Origin: Armatimonadota bacterium
GTDB taxonomy: Bacteria > Armatimonadota > SYMT01
NCBI GenBank assembly: GCA_041690135.1
Contig: JAWLHY010000003.1
Span: 128,001-192,000, forward strand
Length of the DNA stretch: 64,000 nt
Direction of reading: 5' to 3'
Below, piece after piece: positions 9,286 through 18,752 of this stretch. The notes beneath the pieces were generated by a model. That model searched no databases and was not told the DNA's origin. It saw only the letters and a list, made by a program, of their open reading frames with translations. The stretch's first letter is position 1; every line of letters begins with the position of its first letter. The translations under genes were made by a program, and so were the position numbers.

Positions 9286-10614
9286 CTAAACGACTTCGTA
9301 GCCCTTGCGCTGCTCTCTGGCCTGCCAGGTGTTCGCCTCGGCGTCGCCCACGATCTGCTCCTTCGCCGGGTCCCAGGTCAGCTTGCGGCCGAGGCGGATG
9401 GCGATGTTGGCCAGATGGCAGGTGGTGAGGGCGCGGTGGTGGCTGTAGACGTCCGAGACGGGCTGGGAGCGGTCGCGCACGCACTCAAAGAAGTTGGCCA
9501 TGTGGCCGCCGAGCTTCTTGCCTTTGCGCAGGTGCACGAACATTGCCTCGGAGATGGGGTTGTTCTTCAGCGCGTCCACGGCAGGGCCATTCAGGGCGCC
9601 GCGGCTCACGAAGATCGTGCCCTTTTCGCCCTCGAAAGTGATGCCGTTCTCCGTGTCGTGGCGGATCACCATCTCCACGTCGTTCGGGAAGAGGCAGCGG
9701 ACCAGGAAGTCGGTCGCCGCATTGTAGCGGTTGTCCGCCATCGGGTGCCCATTGCGGTACTCGACCGGGTGCTTCACCAGGCCCGGCTCAATGGTCGTGG
9801 GGCCGCTGCGGTCCATCTCGATCGCCCACTGGGCGATGTCGACGTGGTGCGCGCCCCAGTCGGTCATCTTGCCGCCGGAGTACTCGTACCACCAGCGGAA
9901 GTTCGCATGGGCGCGCTCCTTGATGTAATCCACCTTGGGGCACTGGCCGAGCCACATGTCCCAGTTCAGCTCCGGCGGTGAGGAGGTCTTCTGGAACGGA
10001 CCGCCCGCGGGGGCTCCACCGATGGCACAGGTGACCCGGCGGATCTTGCCCAGGCGACCTTCCCGGACCATGGCCACGGCCGTGAGGAAACGGTTGCCCA
10101 TCTCGCTGCGCTGCTGCGTGCCGACCTGCAGCACGCGGCCCGTCTCGTAGACGGCCTGGCAGAGCTGCTTGCCCTCGTCGATGGTGAGGGTGAGCGGCTT
10201 CTCGCAGTAGACGTCCTTGCCGGCGCGGAGCGCGTCGATGCACTGCTTGGTGTGCCAGTGGTCGGGCGAACCGATGGTGACGACATCGATGTCCTTGCGC
10301 TCCAGCAGCTTGCGGTAGTCCTCGTAGACCTCCGCCTTGCCCGCGCCGATCTTCGGGTCCGCCTTGGCCCGTGCTGCATGGTTGCGGTCCACGTCGCACA
10401 CCGCCACGATGTCGCCGTAATTGGAGGCGTCCCGCGCGATGCCGCTGCCGCGCCCGCCCACACCGATGGCGCCCACCCGCGGCCGGGAGTTCGGGGACTT
10501 GCTCTCCTGCGCCATCGCGTCGCGCGGGAAGAGCACCTCGTACGGCAGTCCCGCCGCCGCGGCCACTCCGGCCGCGACCTTCAAGAACCCGCGCCGGTCC
10601 GTTCTCTGACTCAT
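9286..10614 (-). CDS. Tat-exported Gfo/Idh/MocA family oxidoreductase
   Basis: DRRGFLKVAAG Tat motif, GVGGRG, YCEKPL, DWGAHHVD; SD GGAGGAG before ATG 10614. Confidence 0.92.
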   Translation of the reverse strand: MSQRTDRRGFLKVAAGVAAAAGLPYEVLFPRDAMAQESKSPNSRPRVGAIGVGGRGSGIARDASNYGDIVAVCDVDRNHAARAKADPKIGAGKAEVYEDYRKLLERKDIDVVTIGSPDHWHTKQCIDALRAGKDVYCEKPLTLTIDEGKQLCQAVYETGRVLQVGTQQRSEMGNRFLTAVAMVREGRLGKIRRVTCAIGGAPAGGPFQKTSSPPELNWDMWLGQCPKVDYIKERAHANFRWWYEYSGGKMTDWGAHHVDIAQWAIEMDRSGPTTIEPGLVKHPVEYRNGHPMADNRYNAATDFLVRCLFPNDVEMVIRHDTENGITFEGEKGTIFVSRGALNGPAVDALKNNPISEAMFVHLRKGKKLGGHMANFFECVRDRSQPVSDVYSHHRALTTCHLANIAIRLGRKLTWDPAKEQIVGDAEANTWQAREQRKGYEVV

Positions 10615-10714
10615 GCTTCTCCTCCGATCCGTACTACGCTGTCGATCGTGCTGAAACGTTTGCGATAGGGCTAGGGTTCGACTTGAAGAGGGTGGGTTCC
10701 TCGCGGGAATGTGA

Positions 10715-12634
10715 TCAGAAGGTGAGGCCAATTCCGAACACGTGGGTGGCGTAGAAGTAGAGCTCGGCGTCGAGGGCGCGCTTGATGTTCTCGGCTTTGC
10801 GGAAACCGTGCTGCTCCCCCTGAAAGAGGAGGTAACCCACGGGGATTCCCCGGCGGCGGAGGGCTTCCACCATCATTTCCGTCTGGTTCGGCGGCACGAC
10901 CTCGTCTTCGGATCCCTGGAAGAAGGTGACCGGCACCTGCACGAGATCGGCGTGATGGACGGGGGAGCGCTGCTCGTAGAGAGCCTTCTCCTGGGGGTAG
11001 GGGCCGATGAGCCAATCGAGATAGCGGGACTCGAACTTGTGCGTATCGCGTGCGAGGGCTTCCAGGTCGCTGACTCCGAAGTGGCTGGCGCCGCCCCGGA
11101 ACACGTCCCGGAAAGCGAGGCAGGCCAGGGTGGTGTAGCCGCCCGCACTGCCCCCGGTGATGACCATCCGGTCGCCGTCCACCCGGCCCTGGCCCGCGAG
11201 GTACCGGGCTCCGTGGACGCAATCATCCACGTCCACGATCCCCCACTGTCCCTGCAGACGATCCCGATATTCTCGGCCGTAGCCGGTACTGCCACCGTAA
11301 TCCACATCGAAGACGGCGATCCCGCGGCTGGTCCAGTATTGAATCCCCAGGCTCAGTGCGCTCCCGGTGGCCGCGGTGGGACCGCCGTGGCACATCACCA
11401 CCAGGGGCGGCTGCTCTCCTTCCGGGGCCTGGTAGTCGGGGTGGTGCGGCGGATAGAACATCCCGAACGCCGTTTTGCCCCCGGCGGTGGGAAACTCCAC
11501 TGACTCCGGCTCGGAGAAGCAGCGCCGGATCTCCGGACGTTCGGCCAGGGTGTGGCTGACCTGCAGCTCCTGGGGCTCACCGCTCTCCAGGTCCAGGAGG
11601 ACGACGGCCCGCGGCCGGAGCGGAGAGGCTCCCAGGAACGCAACCTGTGAGCCCGCGGCGCGCACGTAGCCGAACTCCGTGTAGGGAAGATCCAGCGGGG
11701 TGAGCGTGCCGGTGCCGGGATTGAGAACCGCCAACCGGCCGAGGCCGTGGGAGTGGTAGGCACACACTATCCGGTCCGGCCCGGCAAAGGCGTAGGTGGA
11801 CATCCCCAGGCCCCACTGCGGCTCCCCGAACTCCGCTTCCAGCGGGCAGAGCGGCTGCGCGGCTCCGTCTTCATGCCGGTAGAGGTTCCACCAGCCGGTC
11901 CGGTCGGAGATGAAGTGCAGCCGTCCCTCGGGCGACCACTCCGGCTGGAAGATCGACTCGCCTCCCCCGCCGGCCACCCGCACGGGCGTTTGCAGGCTCC
12001 CGTCGGGGTTCCACTCGGCCAGCCAGAGCTCCGTGCTCACCCAGGGCATGTCCGGGTGGTTCCACGTGAGCCAGGCGAGGCGGAGGCCATCCGGGCTCAG
12101 CCGAGGGGAGGAGTAGAAGTCGGCGCCGGAGACCAGGATTTCCCCCGGACCGCCCTGCTCCAGGTCGATGGCCAACAATGTGTTGACGGGCTCGTCGCCG
12201 GTATCGCGGTGATCCTCCCGCACGCCGATCCAACGCTTGCGGAAGGGGTCGATCAGCCCGTCGCCGTAGCGCAGACCGGCGCGGACCGGAGGGTTCGGTG
12301 TGAGCGGGACCGGCTCCTCTCCCGGTGCTTGCCGGTAGAGCCGTTGGTCCGCGAAATGGGAGTAGTAGGCCGTGCCCGCCGCCACCAGGGCCGCGCCGCC
12401 GCCGTACTCATGGACCCGGGTCCGCACGTTGAAGGGGGCGGGGTTGATGTCGGTGACCTCGCCGGTGGCGGAGCGGCGCACCAGGACCGTCCGGCCGCCC
12501 TCGCGGGGGCGGCGCTCGAGCCAGTAGACGTCGCCGCCGTCCAGGAGAACGTCGGTGAGGCCGATGGTCTCCGCCACGATCAGGTCGGAGGTGATGGGAG
12601 AGGGCCAGGAGCCGTAGGGGCGCGTTTCGGGCAT
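10715..12634 (-). CDS. S9 family (prolyl oligopeptidase-like) peptidase
   Basis: YGSWPSPI N-terminus, HGGPT, GGSAGG nucleophile, DEVV, EQHGF. Confidence 0.93.
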   Translation of the reverse strand: MPETRPYGSWPSPITSDLIVAETIGLTDVLLDGGDVYWLERRPREGGRTVLVRRSATGEVTDINPAPFNVRTRVHEYGGGAALVAAGTAYYSHFADQRLYRQAPGEEPVPLTPNPPVRAGLRYGDGLIDPFRKRWIGVREDHRDTGDEPVNTLLAIDLEQGGPGEILVSGADFYSSPRLSPDGLRLAWLTWNHPDMPWVSTELWLAEWNPDGSLQTPVRVAGGGGESIFQPEWSPEGRLHFISDRTGWWNLYRHEDGAAQPLCPLEAEFGEPQWGLGMSTYAFAGPDRIVCAYHSHGLGRLAVLNPGTGTLTPLDLPYTEFGYVRAAGSQVAFLGASPLRPRAVVLLDLESGEPQELQVSHTLAERPEIRRCFSEPESVEFPTAGGKTAFGMFYPPHHPDYQAPEGEQPPLVVMCHGGPTAATGSALSLGIQYWTSRGIAVFDVDYGGSTGYGREYRDRLQGQWGIVDVDDCVHGARYLAGQGRVDGDRMVITGGSAGGYTTLACLAFRDVFRGGASHFGVSDLEALARDTHKFESRYLDWLIGPYPQEKALYEQRSPVHHADLVQVPVTFFQGSEDEVVPPNQTEMMVEALRRRGIPVGYLLFQGEQHGFRKAENIKRALDAELYFYATHVFGIGLTF

Positions 12635-12718
12635 TAGCACAGTTCCCGGTGGTTAATCTAGGTGCGCAGTTCGGCAGGATAAGTTGATCCATTAACCGCC
12701 CATCCGCACGGTTCACTC

Positions 12719-12796
12719 CTCGACCCTAAACGGTCGAGCTTCGGTACAGCACGCTGCCCACACCCCCTCGGGGCGCAAGCCTCCGTGGGCGCCCGG
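12719..12796. repeat. Structured dispersed element, copy 1 (copy 2 at 36124-36268)
   Basis: 37 bp identical to 36232-36268; hairpin CTCGACC-CTAAAC-GGTCGAG. Confidence 0.8.
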
Positions 12797-12936
12797 AAGT
12801 ATTCCAATGGGGCGGTTGGTACGCCAGAGAATGTGCATTTCCAGGGAGCTAGTTCGGGTCGCTCATCGCATCAAAATCCGGGGCTGGCGGGCCGAAGTCC
12901 GTCCTACAGCTTCGCTTATGCCGATCCGGCTCTCGC

Positions 12937-15078
12937 CTATGGGGTCCACGCTGAATTCAGTTCGTACAGATCCACTTCGTGGATCTTGGCGGTGCCGCCG
13001 AGGGCGTAGAGCTGGAGGGAGTGGTCGTCGTCTTTTGGGAGGACGCCCATCGGCATGTAGGTGCGGCCGTCGTTGGCGAAGATCTCTAGGGAGGCGCGGT
13101 CCACCAGGAGCTGCAGCTTGACGCGGCCGTTGACGGGCTTGACGGGGGCCGTTTTCCCCTGGCAGAACAGGGTGTCGGTCTTGGCGTTGTAGAGCACCTG
13201 GATGCCGCGGACACGCAGGCTAACGGCCTCGGCGGTGCCGGGCTCGAATTCCAGACGGAGGTCCCATAGATCGCCCTGGAACGAGGCGAGTGGGTTCTGG
13301 TCCGGCGGGAGGGCCTGAGCACCCAGGTGGTGGTGCTTCCGGTGGAGCTTCGCCAGCTCACGGACGGGGTTGGCAAAGAGGCGCAGCCCCTCTTCGGTGG
13401 TCTGCAGCGACAGCTCGACCGGGAACGTCATCATCTGGTTGAACGGCATGGTCGGCAGGTTCACCTGGCCCCAGGCCACGCGGATCTTGCGACCATCGGC
13501 CGCGGGGAGATCGTTGTAGACCTGGGCGGCGTAGAAGCAGTTGCCCCAGTTGGTTCGGTGCTTCTCTCCTTCCGGCGTGAACTTCTTGCCGTCGAAGCGC
13601 CCGACGGCCGTGGCGCCGTCCGCGCCGAAGAGCGCCCAGCGAGTGTTCCGCGGGTCGCCGTCCACCGGAAGCTCCACCAGCTCCGGGCATTCGAAGTAGC
13701 CCTCGATCCAGTCCTGCGGCTCCCACTGCTTGAGGTCCTTCGAAGTGAGGAACAGGAGGCCGTTCTTCTGGTCCCGGACGCTGTAGAGCACGATGACCCA
13801 GTGCTTGCCGGGAGCGTACCAGAAGATCTTGGGATCGCGGCCCTCGTGCTTGAATACGGGGTTGCCCTCGAATTCCTGGAAGGTGCGCCCGCGGTCCGTG
13901 CTGTATACCAGGCACTCCCCGCGCCCCGTGCTGGTGTAGGCCGCCACCAGTGGAGGCTCCGTGCCCCGGCCGAACCCGGTGGTATTGTGCCGGTCCACCG
14001 CGGCGCTGCCGGAGAACGCCCAATCCCCAAATTTCCGGGGATAGAGGGCGATCGGCAGCTCCTTCCAGTGGACCATGTCGGTGCTGACGGCGTGCCCCCA
14101 GTGCATGTTCCCCCAGGCCCAGCCGTAGGGGTTGTGCTGGTAGTAGAGGTGGTACTCCCCCTCGTGGAACACCAGCCCATTGGGATCGTTGTTCCAGCCG
14201 CGGCGGGAGGTGAAGTGGAACTGCGGTCGCAGGCGCTCCCGGTAGAGGTTTTCCGTTCCCAGGATCGTGTCGGCCTGGACCACCGCCTCCAGGGCCTTCG
14301 TTCCCTCAGGCATGCGGTCCACCCGGAGCACCCCTTCCCGGCCCCGGAAAGCGGAGATGTCGAGGAAGACCCAGAAGTCCGGCTCCGCCTCCGCCAGCTC
14401 CATCTCGAACTCACGGATCGTCTCGGCGTCCACGGCCAGCGACACGCGGCGCTTCGGGGCTCCGTTCTTCACCGGCAGGTTGAGGTACTGCTTCTCCAGG
14501 AGGAGCGCGCGCCGCTGCTCGACCAGGGGCACGGCCTTGCGCATGTCACTCTGCACGATCTGGTCCACGTTGATGTGCCCCCAACCGCCGGTGGCGCGAT
14601 CCACGATTTCGATCCGCACGCTCTTGCCGGCCAGCTCCGCCACGTCCCAGGTGTGCCACTCCAGCCGCTCCGTGCCCGCGAACTGGTCGTTGGGTCCGGT
14701 GGCGGTGCGCACCACCTTTCCGTCCAGGAGCAAGTTGATGCAGGTCTCCCCAGGGTGGCCGCCGCCGCCCACCAGGAAATTCACGTACTTGCGGTCGATC
14801 TTGAGAACCGGCGAGAGCAGGCGGCCGGTGGACTTATCGCCCTCATAGAAGGAGTTCACCAGTCCCGCGCCCTGGAAGCCGCTCACCCCCATCTGATTGG
14901 GAAGGCTGCCGCGGGCGGGCCCGGGCCCGAAGGCGGTGCCCTCCACCTGCCAATCACCGTAGGTGGGAGCCTCGAAGTCGGCGATCAGGAGATCCTGCCG
15001 GCCTTCCGCCAGCGCCCAGGAAGCGGTGAGAAGACCGGTGAGGCTTACGGCGATTGCAAGGGTAGAAAGCGGCTTCAT
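12937..15078 (-). CDS. Secreted GH32 levanase/beta-fructofuranosidase with N-terminal accessory domains
   Basis: WNNDPNG, WGHAVS, FSGS, RDP, ECP motifs; signal peptide MKPLSTLAIAV. Confidence 0.93.
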   Translation of the reverse strand: MKPLSTLAIAVSLTGLLTASWALAEGRQDLLIADFEAPTYGDWQVEGTAFGPGPARGSLPNQMGVSGFQGAGLVNSFYEGDKSTGRLLSPVLKIDRKYVNFLVGGGGHPGETCINLLLDGKVVRTATGPNDQFAGTERLEWHTWDVAELAGKSVRIEIVDRATGGWGHINVDQIVQSDMRKAVPLVEQRRALLLEKQYLNLPVKNGAPKRRVSLAVDAETIREFEMELAEAEPDFWVFLDISAFRGREGVLRVDRMPEGTKALEAVVQADTILGTENLYRERLRPQFHFTSRRGWNNDPNGLVFHEGEYHLYYQHNPYGWAWGNMHWGHAVSTDMVHWKELPIALYPRKFGDWAFSGSAAVDRHNTTGFGRGTEPPLVAAYTSTGRGECLVYSTDRGRTFQEFEGNPVFKHEGRDPKIFWYAPGKHWVIVLYSVRDQKNGLLFLTSKDLKQWEPQDWIEGYFECPELVELPVDGDPRNTRWALFGADGATAVGRFDGKKFTPEGEKHRTNWGNCFYAAQVYNDLPAADGRKIRVAWGQVNLPTMPFNQMMTFPVELSLQTTEEGLRLFANPVRELAKLHRKHHHLGAQALPPDQNPLASFQGDLWDLRLEFEPGTAEAVSLRVRGIQVLYNAKTDTLFCQGKTAPVKPVNGRVKLQLLVDRASLEIFANDGRTYMPMGVLPKDDDHSLQLYALGGTAKIHEVDLYELNSAWTP

Positions 15079-15400
15079 GGGATAGAGTTGGGTTCTCTTC
15101 GACACAGAGGGGCACAGAAGGGAAAAGAAGGGACACAGAGCTTCGCTTGCCTGTGGTCGAGCGGGATCATCCGGTCGTGCTGCCGGGGTCCGGTGCGTCT
15201 ACCAGTTCGTTTCGTAATTTCTGCGTTTCCTGCATTCCGGCTGATTTCGACGAAGTTGTTGAAGCCCGCTGCAGGTTTGCATCCATGAGGCCTGACAGCC
15301 GCATCCTTCCTTTTCCTCAATGATAATCCTCATCCGCGAAGCCCACCAGGAAGGGGGTCTCGGGCCGGGTCCCTAACTTCTCTGCGATAGGGAGTAGGCA

Positions 15401-16306
15401 TTGAGAAGTCATTTGATCGGGATCGATATTGGCGGCACCGGCGCAAAGCTGGGGTTCGTGGACGCAGAGGGGACGGTACTGGCGCGGGCACGGGTACCGA
15501 CCGGGTACGACGTGACGGGCGACCAGTTGGTGGAAGCCCTGATGCGCGCCGTGCAGGGGCTGCGGGCGCAACTGGACGCTACTTCGCTGGGGGTGGCGGC
15601 GCCGGGGATGCGGCGGCCGGACGGCGAAGGGGTGGTGAACGTGACCAACCTGCCGCACATCGACGGCTACCCCCTGCGGGAGGCACTGGAGAACGCCACC
15701 GGCCTGCCGACGGTCCTGGACAACGACGCCAACGCGGCAGCGCTGGGAGAGTACCGCTTTGGGGCGGGGCAGGGAATCTCGCGCCTGCTGGTGATGACCG
15801 TGGGGACCGGGATCGGCGGCGGGATGGTGGTGGACGGGGCGATTCACCGGATCGCCTGCCAGGGGCTGGGGGACCCGGGGCACGTGATCGTGAGCCCCGG
15901 CGGTCCCCGCTGCGGCTGCGGGGGGCGGGGCTGCGTGGAGACGCTGGCGGCGGTCCCGGCGATCCTGCGGCGCGCGGAGACCCTACGGGGTTCCGCGTTC
16001 GGCTCGCTGGGGGAGGTGGTCGCCGCCGCTCGCGCGGGAGATCCCGCGGCGGGCACGGCGCTGCGCGAGGCCGGCTCGCTGCTGGGAACCGCGCTGGCGA
16101 CCCTGACCCATCTCCTGGCGCCGGAACGGATCCTCCTGGGAGGAGGCGGGATCGATGCCGCCGAGGAACTGCTGATCGAGCCGATCCGCGCTTCCCTGTT
16201 CGATCACGTACAGCCTTACCTGGGGGAGCGCCTGAGCCTGCGGCGCGCGGCGCTCGGCAATGATGCCGGGTTGATTGGGGCTGCGGCGCTGGCGCCTTCG
16301 AATTGA
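15401..16306 (+). CDS. ROK family sugar kinase
   Basis: GIDIGGT, DNDANAAALGE, GTGIGGG, GH...CGCGGRGCVE; TTG start. Confidence 0.9.
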   Translation: MRSHLIGIDIGGTGAKLGFVDAEGTVLARARVPTGYDVTGDQLVEALMRAVQGLRAQLDATSLGVAAPGMRRPDGEGVVNVTNLPHIDGYPLREALENATGLPTVLDNDANAAALGEYRFGAGQGISRLLVMTVGTGIGGGMVVDGAIHRIACQGLGDPGHVIVSPGGPRCGCGGRGCVETLAAVPAILRRAETLRGSAFGSLGEVVAAARAGDPAAGTALREAGSLLGTALATLTHLLAPERILLGGGGIDAAEELLIEPIRASLFDHVQPYLGERLSLRRAALGNDAGLIGAAALAPSN

Positions 16307-16321
16307 GAAGAGGTTGAACCC

Positions 16322-17932
16322 ATGCCCGGAATGATCGCGGCGCCGCAGCCGCTGGCGGTGGAAGAAGGGGCCAAGATCCTGACCGCCGGGGGGAACGCCT
16401 TCGACGCGGCCCTCGCCTGCGCATTCGTCCAGTTCGTGGTGGATCCACACTCCTGCGGGGTGGGCGGCTACTCGATCCTCACCTGCCACACCGCCGAGGG
16501 CGGGCCGCAGCCGATCCTCGACGCTCCCGCGGTGGCGGGTTCGCGGGTGACGCCGGAGATGTGGGAGGACCGGGTCATCGGTCCCAACCCCAGCGGATGG
16601 GGGTACTTCCTGGAGGGGAAGGTCAACGAGGACGGCTATCTCTCCGTCTGCACGCCGGGGGTGGTGCGGGGCCTGGAGGCGATGCACCGGCGCTGGTGCA
16701 CCCGGAGCTGGGGCGAGTTGATTGCTCCGGCCGCCCGGATCGCGGAGGAGGGGTTTACCGTGGGAGCGCACCTCGCCTACCGTTGGAAGGACCGGCCGAA
16801 CTTCTACGAGGGCTCCTCCCTCTTCCAGAAGCTGCATGTTACCCCGGACGCGCGGCGGATCTATCTGCAGGCCGACGGCACCGCGTACGACCTGGGAGAT
16901 ACGCTGCGCAATCCGGACCATGCCCGCACCCTCCGGCGGCTGGCGGAAGACGGCCCCGAGGATTTCTATACCGGGGACCTGGCGCGGGAGATGTCGACCG
17001 ACCTGGCGGCGAACGGTAGCTGGGTGACGGCCGACGATTTCGCGATGTATGCCGTGCGCGACGAAGAGGCGGTCCGGACCACCTACCGGGGTTATGAGAT
17101 CGTCACCTCGCAGCCGCCCCATGGCGGCCCCACGCTGGCCGCCATCCTGAACATCCTGGAAGGTTACGACCTGGCGGCCATGGACCCGAACTCCCCGGAG
17201 TACCTCTACCTGGTCTCCATGGCGATGAAGGCGGCGTTCGCGGATCGGAACCGGCACCTCGGCGATCCCCGGTTCGTGGACGTGCCGCTGGGGTGGATGG
17301 CCTCCAAACGACGCGCCGCCGAGTGGCGAGACTTGATCGCGGCAGGCGAGCCGATCCGGTGCGACCGGGTCCAGCCCGGCACGCCGGATACCACCCAGGT
17401 GACGGTGCTCGACCGCTGGGGGAACTGCGTATCGCTCACCCACTCCCTGGGCTCCTCCTCGGGCGCCATCACCCCCGGATTGGGGTTCATGTACAACAAC
17501 TCGATGGTGAACTTCCATCCCTATACGGGGCACCCGAACAGCATCGCGCCGCGGAAGGGGCGGACCACGGGGATGGCGCCGACGCTGGTCTACCGGGACG
17601 GGCGCCTGGTGCTCGCCCTGGGGGCGCCGGGCGCGACCCGAATCCTGACCTCCGTGCTGCAGGTGATCCTCAACCGGATCGACTTCGGGATGAGCATCAT
17701 GGAGGCGGTCGCGGCGCCTCGTTTCGACTGCCAGGGCGACATGATCGAGTGCCAGGCCCGGATCCCCGAATTTGTGTGTGCCGAGGTACGGAAGCACCAT
17801 CCGATCCGCCGGATTCCCCGCAGCCATGGGGGCTTCGGGCTGGTCCATGCCATCGCCATCGACGAACGGACGGGCCAGGTCACCGGTGCAGCCGATCCCG
17901 GCGCCGATGGGATGGCGCTCCGGGTGGAGTAA
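16322..17932 (+). CDS. ggt: Gamma-glutamyltransferase family protein
   Basis: GGNAFDAA, catalytic Thr in DTTQVTVLD, GAPGA..I motif. Confidence 0.92.
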   Translation: MPGMIAAPQPLAVEEGAKILTAGGNAFDAALACAFVQFVVDPHSCGVGGYSILTCHTAEGGPQPILDAPAVAGSRVTPEMWEDRVIGPNPSGWGYFLEGKVNEDGYLSVCTPGVVRGLEAMHRRWCTRSWGELIAPAARIAEEGFTVGAHLAYRWKDRPNFYEGSSLFQKLHVTPDARRIYLQADGTAYDLGDTLRNPDHARTLRRLAEDGPEDFYTGDLAREMSTDLAANGSWVTADDFAMYAVRDEEAVRTTYRGYEIVTSQPPHGGPTLAAILNILEGYDLAAMDPNSPEYLYLVSMAMKAAFADRNRHLGDPRFVDVPLGWMASKRRAAEWRDLIAAGEPIRCDRVQPGTPDTTQVTVLDRWGNCVSLTHSLGSSSGAITPGLGFMYNNSMVNFHPYTGHPNSIAPRKGRTTGMAPTLVYRDGRLVLALGAPGATRILTSVLQVILNRIDFGMSIMEAVAAPRFDCQGDMIECQARIPEFVCAEVRKHHPIRRIPRSHGGFGLVHAIAIDERTGQVTGAADPGADGMALRVE

Positions 17933-17937
17933 CGAGG

Positions 17938-18648
17938 ATGTCCGAAAACGAAGAGGGGCCGTGGACGGAAGCGCAGTGGGAGCGCTTCATGGAGGAGAGC
18001 GACATGCGCTCCGCGCGCTTCGGCGAACTGCTGGAGACGTTCATGGAGGACCCCGACCGGGACCGCATTGTGGCGCGGGAGATGGGCTGGACCTGGCTGG
18101 GGGAAGCCCTGGACGAGGAAGAACGCCTGGAGGAGCACCTGGAAGCGGTAGGAGAGCCGCTGCCCGCCCGGGACGAGCGCGTCGCGGCGTGCCCGTTTCC
18201 GGAGATCGCGGACCCGCCGGGCATGGACCCGGAGATCGACGCACGTCTCCAGCAGCAGGAGGAAGACCTGCAGCAGATGCCGGCCTACCGCCGCTCCTTC
18301 GACTTCGGCCTCCGCGCGCACGACGCATTGCAGCCCTACGTTACGGAGCAACACTTGCCGGGAGACACGATCCTGGAAGCGGTGACGAACTCCATGATCG
18401 TGGCGACCAAGATCGCCGGCGGGCACGCGATGGGATACCACCCGGATTCGCTGTGCGGCAATATCGTGCGATGTCGCCGGGGCCTGGAAGCGGCGGAGAA
18501 GTGCCTGGCCGCCATGCACACCCTCCGGGAGAACGGGGACATCCCCGCGGAGATCCTCGAACCGCTCATCGCGGAGTGCGAGGAGGTGCGGACGACCGTG
18601 GAGCATCACATCGCCCGGATGCGCAGCCAGGTGTGGTGGGACCGCTAA
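17938..18648 (+). CDS. Acidic, predicted helical hypothetical protein
   Basis: MSENEEGPW... starts 5 nt after ggt stop; coding-like codon usage. Confidence 0.75.
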   Translation: MSENEEGPWTEAQWERFMEESDMRSARFGELLETFMEDPDRDRIVAREMGWTWLGEALDEEERLEEHLEAVGEPLPARDERVAACPFPEIADPPGMDPEIDARLQQQEEDLQQMPAYRRSFDFGLRAHDALQPYVTEQHLPGDTILEAVTNSMIVATKIAGGHAMGYHPDSLCGNIVRCRRGLEAAEKCLAAMHTLRENGDIPAEILEPLIAECEEVRTTVEHHIARMRSQVWWDR

Positions 18649-18752
18649 GGTGGCTAAACAAAACCGCGGAATTAGGGAACCGTCTATGCCCGCGGACCAC
18701 ACGGAAAAACGCCGAAGGGGGACGCAGGCGATGCCCGACGCATGCGCCGGGA

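Noticed and set aside
10660-10715. tRNA-like GGTTCGA
   Set aside because: No cloverleaf or acceptor stem can be formed
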